From: Eledone cirrhosa
Lineage: Eukaryota
Assembly (NCBI GenBank): GCA_964016885.1
Contig: OZ024740.1
Location: 302,002,001 to 302,066,000 of the forward strand
Length of the DNA: 64,000 bases
Direction: 5' to 3'
Below the pieces are notes generated by a model that made no database searches, was not told the origin of the DNA, and saw nothing but the letters and a program-made list of their open reading frames with translations. The translations under genes were made by a program, and so were the position numbers. Positions 53,321 through 64,000 of this stretch are shown here, piece by piece (position 1 is the first letter of the stretch; every line of letters starts with the position of its first letter).

Positions 53321-53427
<107 letters not shown>

Positions 53428-54424
53428 GGAATTCAGTAAAATCGAATCTCTGGCGGTTTACAAGTAAATTTGGCTTACTTATATGAAATGATAAGTTAGC
53501 AACGCACTCGATAAGATAGGACCTTAGAGTAATAACATACGTTTAAATAGCTTGACAAATCGAACATCGTGGTAGGCGAAACTAACACACAATATATACC
53601 AAAGCAACGATATATATATATGTGTGCCTATATATTCCTACATATGCCCGTGTGTGTATGTACGTATATACGCACATATGTGTGTGTTGAACAAAGGACT
53701 AATTTTGGGATGAACGTAGAAAAATTCTTCAGAAAAAAAGAAAAAAATAATTATTCACAAACTTGACAGGTGCGATTTGCCTGTGACCATTCTCAACACA
53801 AAAGGAATACTAAAAGCTTTTTCCCCTGAATAAAGGAATTTTTCGAGAATGACCGGGGCAGGCCGCCCTCGCTACATTTCTCCCCACCCAACCCTACTCA
53901 CCATCTCAACTCATTAATGCTATTAACACTTGTTCAACACACCTACACCCATACACTTATTAAAGGGGAGAAAAGAAACCCCCACCACACCACAGACATG
54001 TTAAATCCCTATATATAGAACAACACACCACATACACATCAGTTTCACAAGCGCACCTCAGCGTGAAAGGTCGTTCTAAAAACGAAACAATACCTCCTAC
54101 GTTAACCAAGAACTCCTAAGACCTAATCACCAACAACCAACAACTTAATTTTTTCTAATCCGGAAAAAAATTCTTTTTGGATTTTGTGAAGAAAATAAAT
54201 TTGTTGAAAGCACAAGTGAAGCCATTTTTTCTTTTTTTCTTCCCCCCTGTCTTAATATACCTAACTGTACCAAGGATTACACACATTTTCCAATATATAT
54301 ATATATATTGGAAGAAAAAGAGATAGGTATATTAAGACATATATAACCTCGATATATATATATATAGAGGTTATATTTAATTTTTGGGATACAACAAGCA
54401 AAATATTTTTATAACTGATATAAA

Positions 54425-54581
<157 letters not shown>

Positions 54582-55405
54582 ATATAAGTAGACGGATAGA
54601 TAAATAGATAGCTAGATAGATGGATAGATAAATGGGCACAAGAATGAGATGTAACTACTGCCAGAGCCAGAAAAAAAAACTAAGCTATAGGACAAGGAGA
54701 TAACAAAAAATGAATCAAGCCTACGATAATTAATTTCATCTACGAGGCCAATCAACAAAGACAAACCAATTCCTTTTCATTTCATTTGTTTGTACCGTCG
54801 TTAAGGTTCCCAAATATTTTATTCTCCCTTTAGTTTGGGCTGTCACCACAGAACACCCCCACCGCTAAGGACTCAACACCTGCCATTGATACCATCACCA
54901 CGCCCCCGAAGATGTAGAACTGAACCAAATTAAATCAGATATATTTCTGATTTAACAACGGAAGGGATAATAGCAGCCGTGGTGCAGAAATATATATATA
55001 TATACATTCATGCATATATATATAAATATATATATATACATATATATAAAGGAACATAAATGTATATATATATAAAGGAACAAATAAATATTCTTAAATC
55101 GACTCCAGTTGCATATTCGCTTTTTTTCCTTATATATATACATATATATACACATATATATATACTGTAGTATTTTAGGGGGCAACGCTTTGCTTTAAAA
55201 AAATAACTGAAATCTAAGAGAAAGAATACATTTTTTTTTTAAATAAATAAACCTATTAAGACAACAATTCCCCAGTGCATTACTAGAAACCAAGATATAC
55301 GATAGTGCAAATAACTGGAATCAGTGGTTGTACGTTCTACTAAATCTGAAGCTTAGTGTATTCATTCATGTATGCAAACATACATATAGAGACACAGACA
55401 CACAA

Positions 55406-55469
<64 letters not shown>

Positions 55470-55568
55470 TTACACACGAACGACTGCCCAAATAATATTT
55501 GGTATCAATGGGTTAAAGACATCTGTCAAATCAATTAGTGGTGAAGGAGGTATGTATATATATATATA

Positions 55569-56057
55569 TTGCTAAACCTTGATTACATATGTTCTGGCTC
55601 GTTAATTTATTAACCTGACATAGAACCACATTGGCATATGGTTGGATAATACATGTGTCCCTATATGTATTTTGCATGTAGGAATATATACTTTATTATT
55701 ATTAATGTCCCTTGGTCGAGATAACATTTTGGTCGATTTGACTGCTGCTATTTCTAGTGGCAGTGGATTGACCTTTCCGCCTCTGCCTTCTATCTTTGCA
55801 CACGGCACTGCTTCTATATCATTCACTCTCATCTCACGAACAATTTTGAATAGTGCCAGTTCGTAATTTGAACTCGGGAATTTTATATTCTCCAAGTGAA
55901 AAGAAACTTCTGACGAGAGTCTTTCTTTTCAATGGAGGTCCGTAAGGACTATCCATTTATTTTTGAGACTTTAAATCGTACGGTAAGGGTAACTACAGCA
56001 GGTACAGTGAATTTTTTAAAATTTATTTTAAAACTTTTTCTTATTTGCTAAACCTTG

Positions 56058-56061
<4 letters not shown>
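55569..56061 (+). mobile_element. 476-nt non-coding unit with 17-bp terminal repeat and HHR-like motif
   Basis: TTGCTAAACCTTGATTA at 55569 and 56045; (TA)n on both sides. Confidence 0.6.
55906..55990 (+). ncRNA. Hammerhead-like motif with extended stem II and G12>U lesion
   Basis: CTT-CTGACGA-GAGTCT..AATGGA-GTCC(GTAA)GGAC-TCCATT..AGACTT-TAAA-TC(GTAC)GGTA-AGG. Confidence 0.55.
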
Positions 56062-56095
<34 letters not shown>

Positions 56096-56148
56096 TAGAT
56101 AGATACATACACACTCACACACACACATACACCCACATATATATATAT

Positions 56149-57171
56149 ACTATAAATTATGTCCATAGAATCATTTGATAAGATATATCCACCATTTCCT
56201 CTCCCAAACAGCATAATCAACCACACAAAAAAATAATTAAACCAGGCTATAAGATTAAAAAGCACCTATGAAGAAATAATAGATAAATAAACGACATCCA
56301 TCTATTCGCGATCAACAGCTATAGAATATTTATCCACCTTTTCAATAGCACATGGAAATCGATTAGATATATCGTCAACCATACACAATTACGTATAAAA
56401 TTAAAGTTAGAAGAAAAAATGTATATAAACATACCATGATTACATTTTTACCCCTTAGGCTTTCATTCGCTTTTGGAAATATCCGATCAATGATAAATTC
56501 TCGAGCTTCGAAATCATCAGGAAACAAACTCACTTGGACGAAGGTTTTTCTTAAATGATCCCCGCCAGAAACGAATTCAAAATGGCTAAGAACTGTGACG
56601 TGGCAGTGGTCAAGTCTGAAAGAATGTGATTGGTGCCTTACGGCGAGTGGGTTGGTTGCTAGAAAGCGCAGCCTAATATTGCCTAAATTGCATCTCAACC
56701 TTATGGGAGATTATCAAATATAAAGATTTACATGTACACAAACTAGACAAAGTCATAGATATATATGTTTTTGGCAACCATTCACGATGTGGCTCAATGA
56801 TGAATTAATAAATTAAATAATCAGAGCAATATACTATAAATTATGTCCATAGAATCCTTTGATAAGATATATCTACCATTTCCTCTCACAATCAGCATAA
56901 TCAACCACACAAAAAAACAATTAAACCAGGCTATAAGATTAAAAGGCACCTATGAAGAAATAATAGATAAATAAACGACAGCCATATATTCGCGATCAAC
57001 AGCTATAGAATATTTACCCAGAATTTCAATAGCACGTGGAAATCGATTAAATATATCGTCAACCATACACAATTAGGTATAAAATTAAAGTTAGAAGAAA
57101 AAATGTATATAAACATACCAGGATTACGTTTCTACCCCTTAGTGTTTCATTCGCTTTTGGAAATATCCGAT
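56149..57171 (-). mobile_element. 1.5-mer tandem of a 684-nt non-coding HHR-bearing unit
   Basis: 56149-56487 is a direct repeat of 56833-57171; TA-flanked. Confidence 0.8.
56444..56525 (-). ncRNA. Type I hammerhead with long stem II
   Basis: GTTTC-CTGATGA-TTTCG...CGAAT-GAAA-GCC(TAAG)GGGTA; second copy 57128-57171 gives GAAACAC(TAAG)GGGTA-GAAAC, so the consensus has perfect stems I and III. Confidence 0.65.
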
Positions 57172-57229
57172 AAAGGATAAATATATATAGATATATATAT
57201 CTAGGATAAATATATTTATGTATCAAGGA

Positions 57230-57270
<41 letters not shown>

Positions 57271-57368
57271 GAAAATGGGCGTGCTACGTGGTTGCACATT
57301 TCTTCGCTTTAAAGCGAAGAAATACCAATGAAGGCTGGAAGATCACTGATGAAGGACTAATTTTATTC

Positions 57369-57446
<78 letters not shown>

Positions 57447-57471
57447 CCTTTATCGGATATTTCCAAAAGCG

Positions 57472-57878
<407 letters not shown>

Positions 57879-57900
57879 CATTCATATATATATATATCGA

Positions 57901-58328
<428 letters not shown>

Positions 58329-58653
58329 TGTGTGAAAGTTCATTGTTGAAAGTCTCTGGATTTCGCAAACTAAATAATAATTTATATTGGAAAAGGTAAG
58401 ATATTTTTCCGCAAAAATGTTATTGCATTGTTTTGTTTCCACTTATGTATTTTTCGAAAATGTTATTTCTTCATTATAAAAGTCAAATGATAACATAATT
58501 TTTTTTTATTGGAAATACTAACATATATTTCCACAAAAATATGATTGCACTGTTTTGTTTCTACTTATTAATTATAGAAATTAAATGATAGCATTCTATA
58601 TGTAGCTGGGTTCCCTTCATCTGGCAACAAATAATTTTAGACCTAGTCCACCA

Positions 58654-58690
<37 letters not shown>

Positions 58691-58691
58691 C

Positions 58692-58741
<50 letters not shown>

Positions 58742-58805
58742 AATCAGGAAAGAAGAGTGACACGGTTTGCTATACAAAAAAGGTTTAACTATTTATTGTT
58801 ACCCC

Positions 58806-58878
<73 letters not shown>

Positions 58879-58879
<1 letters not shown>

Positions 58880-59245
58880 GATATTAATAAATGGAAACTA
58901 TATTTATAAAACCATATTTATTTCATTATACATATTTCAGGGATACCACATTAAATTATGGTATGCCTTCATCAGACAAAATACAATATATAACAGTTTT
59001 ACAAATAGGTTTGACGTACCCTTTTAAAATACAACATTACTTTTGGAGGCTGTCTGGATAGTGATTTGTTTATATAATAAGTCATAGTGTTAAGCACAAT
59101 TAGAAAAAGACGGAGAGAAAGAAAAAAGACGGAGAGAGAGAAAAGAACAAAGACGGATATATACCAACACCCCACTCTCCAGAGCGTGAAATTAATAAGC
59201 ATTCGTTGTACTGCCTCTCTGTTTTGTCCCTGTTCAAATTTTTCC

Positions 59246-59248
<3 letters not shown>
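58879..59248 (-). mobile_element. Non-coding HHR-bearing repeat, family D
   Basis: TA-flanked; shares HHR and flanks with 60360-60592 and 61080-61205. Confidence 0.78.
58919..58983 (-). ncRNA. Type I hammerhead ribozyme (family D)
   Basis: TATTTTGT-CTGATGA-AGGCATACCA..TGGTATCCCT-GAAATATGTATA-ATGAAATA. Confidence 0.8.
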
Positions 59249-59303
<55 letters not shown>

Positions 59304-60027
59304 TATATGTAGATAAATCTACCAAGAGTTTACGGTAGTGTCCAATCCGTATGAAGAACTCAATGTAGTCCGGATATCATGGAAAGAAGAGATGCAATGA
59401 AAAATCACTTTCGGTGAAAGATAAACGGAATACAGAGTCAAGATAATATATATATATAATGCCAATCATTGTACGTTTGAATCTAACTGAAATGCAAAAG
59501 CATATATATAGGTATAAAGTCAAATTATAGTTGATTCAAATATCACTGAGAGAGCGAGAGAGAGAAAGAGGAGGGTAGAACTGAGGTGGAACAGAAATGA
59601 AACATGGTTTACAGGTTAAAATGTAGTCTAGATAGATGAGAAACAAAATGAGGTTGTAATTTATAGAACACCCAAATGATTTAGAAGTCGACCTTAAGTA
59701 GGAGCAATAACATTAAGAAAGACATGAACGTCAACACATCATTTCGTTTTGTAAATTTTGAAAGTAAGGTTTATAAGTATGAATTTTCATAAGATTTTCG
59801 TAGTTGTTACTGTGGCCTAGCAGTAGGTACTAGAGACGGTGGTGATCCTCCCCTTAAGTTCAATCTTGGTCAAGAGGTAAATGTAACCTTTTTCAGTTTT
59901 TATTTTACCACCTAAATATATATATAAATAGGAAGATCGACTTTCGTCAAATCGGAACGAGGAAACAATGTTTGCGTTGGTCTTTCCAATTGCTAGTACT
60001 ATCTATCGGTCGCAACTCCAGGTAGAA

Positions 60028-60143
60028 GGAGCAACGTGAAATAAAGTGTCTTGCTCAAGGACATAACGCATCGCCTGGTCCAGGAATCGAACTCACAACC
60101 TCACGATTGCGAATATCCAATTCTCTAACCACTCAGCCACACG

Positions 60144-60145
<2 letters not shown>
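60028..60145 (-). mobile_element. tRNA-derived CORE-type SINE (octopus OR-like), family S2
   Basis: A box TGGCTGAGTGG, B box GTTCGATTCC, then TGTCCTTGAGCAAGACACTT CORE-like motif. Confidence 0.75.
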
Positions 60146-60195
<50 letters not shown>

Positions 60196-60215
60196 TATAT
60201 ATGTATGTATATATT

Positions 60216-60592
<377 letters not shown>

Positions 60593-60599
60593 TATATAT

Positions 60600-61000
60600 A
60601 TATTTCGTTTCTGAATTTGTTTAGCAAGATTCTTTATCTGAAAACGTGTGTTGAAACCGGTATTGTTATACTTTGGGAGGGGCATGTTGCCAATAAGAAA
60701 CACACGCACCCGGATGTAACACATGCGCAAACTAAGCACACAACACACACAAAAACAAGATGGCGTAGGACAGAACAAAGGAGAGGCAAAAAAACAAAGA
60801 AAAGAATCACCAGTCACTGAAGAGATCACAGAATGTGTGACGATAGAATTTTGACAATATATAAACAATCATCTGGTTGTGGAACCAACCAACCGGAAAT
60901 TTATAAATTCCTAAATTTATAAATTTATTATAATAAATTATTGAAGTGAAAGCAATTGGTGCGTGTCTTTCTTATTGGCAACATGACCCTCCCAAAGTAT

Positions 61001-61006
<6 letters not shown>
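60600..61006. mobile_element. Head-to-head pair of PLE-B pLTR fragments
   Basis: 60600-60710 (-) corresponds to 44793-44903 and 60707-61006 (+) to about 44537-44843; HHR at 60813-60855 has GAAA>GATA. Confidence 0.88.
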
Positions 61007-61083
<77 letters not shown>

Positions 61084-61121
61084 ATGTAAATAAATGGAAA
61101 CTATATTTATAAAACCATAAT

Positions 61122-61185
61122 TATTTTATTATATATATTTCAAGAGCGACCAAGCCAGCTTGGTGCGCTTTCATCAGATAAAATA
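61122..61185 (-). ncRNA. Type I hammerhead ribozyme (family D)
   Basis: TATTTTAT-CTGATGA-AAGCGCACCAAGC(TG)GCTTGGTCGCTCTT-GAAATATATATA-ATAAAATA; perfect 8-bp stem I. Confidence 0.82.
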
Positions 61186-61399
61186 CAAAATTTGTTTTAT
61201 AAATAGTGACATAACCACGGAAAACCACCTTGACTGTTGAAAATTCGCTGGATAGTGAAAATGTGTTAAGGGTAATTCAAAGTTATATGTGAATATGCAA
61301 ATGAATGTCCGAAAAATGAAAAAAAACAACCGTTTATTTAAATTACGCTGTGGTAAGAAGAGACAGAAAAGTAAAATATTAGTATATGTAGAAATAGAG

Positions 61400-62560
61400 T
61401 GAAGAAATAGAATGTTACATATTTATGTTACGTATATTTACAAATAATTGTTAGAATTCTATTATAATAAATATTTATTTACTATTATAAGTATATAGAA
61501 AATTAGATATATAGAAAAAATAAAGATATATTAAAATATATTAAAATATGTTTATATTAAAAAATATATTTAAAATAAATAGATATAAAGTAGAAGCATA
61601 GGATAAAATATAGATATAAGGATAGATATAAGGATATATATATGAGTGGATAGAAGGATATGTCATGTTATAGATGATAAATTATGAGGGATACTAGTTT
61701 ATATTTAGTGTAAGTATTTAAATTAAATTAAATTAAATTAACTGAGTTAATAAGATTACTTATATGTTTTTAATGTTTTACATTGGAAAAATATTGAAAA
61801 TCCCAGTTTTGTTTATTTATTAGTTATTATGAGATAATTTTGACAAAGATATGTTTAAAATTAAAAATTATTAAAAGTATAAGAAAATATTAAAACCATT
61901 AAAAAATTAAGATTATAAAATATTAAAAATTCTAGACAAAATTCTTGAAAATTCATGGAAAAACTTTCAAAGTCATTTTTAAAAGATCTCAAAAAGAAAA
62001 CGCCGAAAATACTCAAAAACCTTTTTTAAAACATTTAAAAAGTGTTTAAAATTAATTAATAACCTAAAATTATTCAGGAAATATAATTAAAAACCTAAAA
62101 TTATTCAGAAAATATAAGGAATAATATTAAGAAATACTTAAAAATACTTTAAAATATTTTAAAATATTTAAAAATATTAGAAAAATACTAAAAAATATAT
62201 TTAAATTATTAAGATAACCCAAATAATCCTTAAAAAATAGTTTTTTTGGAAATAAGTAATTTTTTTTTTCTTAATTTAAGTAATTTTACTAAAAAAATTA
62301 TGAGATATTTTGGAAGTAAGTTAAAATAAAGATAAAAAATAAAGATATTTAAGAAGTAAAAATATTAAAAAGTAAAGATTTAAGAAGTAAAAGATATTTA
62401 AATTAGAATTACATTAAATTTAAATTTAAAGATTTAGAATTTATGAACATATATGCTTATAATTTAAGAAATGAAAAAATTATAGGTGTTTGGATAAAGT
62501 AAACATTATGTAAAAAAAACGTGTAATTATATTTTATATATAGATTGTTTTTTTCTCAGC
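61400..62560. repeat. Extremely A/T-rich low-complexity region
   Basis: Degenerate AAAATATTT and AAAGATATTTAAGAAGT-type repeats. Confidence 0.75.
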
Positions 62561-62852
62561 CTCACTTTCATATTTCTTAAATTTTGTTTTCAAATTTAAT
62601 AAAAAGACCCTGTTTTTTATTCATTCTGACGACTGAAAACAGATCTAGCATCTGCTTTCAATGTATGTATGTTTCGGTTTCTGTATCTGTATGTGTTTTA
62701 TACGTTTCTCTGTGCGTGCGAGTGAGTACATGTTTCTGTGTATTTATGTATGTATATATATTTATACGTTAATTTCTTTTTTAAATTTTTTATTTCTTTT
62801 TGATTTTTATATTTTAATTTTTAACTTATGACTGTCAGGTCGCATCTGTGGT

Positions 62853-62929
<77 letters not shown>

Positions 62930-63285
62930 TATGTATATATCTATAATTCAATTATTATTTATTTTTTGTCTGGTAGTATGTATGTAATCATTTCAATGTC
63001 CCGGTTTGGGAATATATTTATTTTTATTTTTAGCTTTATTTATGTATATGAACGTCATATGTATGTGTATAAGCACCTACTTACTTATATAAGTGTACCT
63101 ATGTATGTATGTATGTATGCTTGCGCATATATATATATATATAAATTTACCTCCTAAACTTACCTTCTGCATCTGTGTGTATATATTTTTTCCCGTTATT
63201 TTATTTTTTTTTACGTTATTTCAACCTCGCTTTAAATTGTAATAGCTTTTCCTTTTAGTTACATATCTTATATCCGTATTAAATG

Positions 63286-63358
63286 TTCCTTTCTGATGAA
63301 CGTCATTGGACGCCTCTGTTGAGATCAACTGTTTTCGTGAAACCTTCGGTAAATGGAA
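63286..63358 (+). ncRNA. Type I hammerhead with stable stem III and enlarged domain II
   Basis: TTCCTTT-CTGATGA-ACG...CGT-GAAACC(TTC)GGTA-AATGGAA; GUA site. Confidence 0.72.
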
Positions 63359-63516
63359 TAATTGTATTTTGTTGTTTACTACATAATTAAATAGCTCTGT
63401 ACTATACATGCAGCACTCCTCCTTCCTTTCCCTTTTCTACGGAAATACTTCATATATATATATTTCGTTTTCTATTCTCTCTCACTCCCTCTCTCTCACT
63501 CTCTCTCTCTCGCTCG

Positions 63517-63752
<236 letters not shown>

Positions 63753-63821
63753 ATATATATATATATATATATATATTAAAATACAAACATTAATAAAATA
63801 GATGTTCTTTTGATCAATTAA

Positions 63822-63874
63822 ATTTTATTATACATATTTCGGAGGTACAATAGTACGTCCTCATCAGACAAAAT
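63822..63874 (-). ncRNA. Type I hammerhead ribozyme (family D-like)
   Basis: ATTTTGT-CTGATGA-GGACGTAC(TATT)GTACCTCC-GAAATATGTATA-ATAAAAT. Confidence 0.82.
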
Positions 63875-64000
63875 ATAATGATACATGACATACCCTGAGA
63901 TGTTAAATGGTTAACATTTAATCAGAGAAAATTCAACATTTATACCCTAATAATGAGAAAATGCGAAAACGTAATAAATTCAATAGAGAATGTGTGAGTA

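Noticed and set aside
59346-59429. TCCGT-ATGAAGA...GAAA...ACGGA hammerhead-like layout
   Set aside because: C3 and the NUH site are both disrupted; cannot be supported without homologues
60075-60145. tRNA gene
   Set aside because: A and B boxes run into a CORE-like SINE body; it is a SINE head

Overview
AT-rich, microsatellite-dense animal DNA with no host protein-coding gene that I can recognise. The SINE and retroelement content suggests an octopus or related cephalopod (inference). Autonomous-type elements, all decayed: two near-full-length Penelope-like elements (PLEs, RT plus C-terminal GIY-YIG; 1930-5579 and 43905-48886), a third PLE fragment, a near-full-length R4/Dong-type LINE with a candidate 5' HDV-like ribozyme, Tx1/L1-type and RTE fragments, and many tRNA-derived SINEs. 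The most notable signal is non-coding. By eye I find about 24 type I hammerhead ribozyme (HHR) motifs from roughly 10 sequence families, nearly all in elements inserted in (TA)n tracts. Several sit in ORF-less, structured units of about 315, 476 and 684 nt that are terminally redundant, circularly permuted or partially tandem, as expected for retrozyme-like (circular RNA-derived) parasites of PLEs. One family carries a compensatory U3-A8 catalytic core. Many insertions are head-to-head with both 3' ends running into (TA)n, which suggests priming from both strands of a palindromic microsatellite target. All folds were done by eye, boundaries are approximate, and no database search was run.
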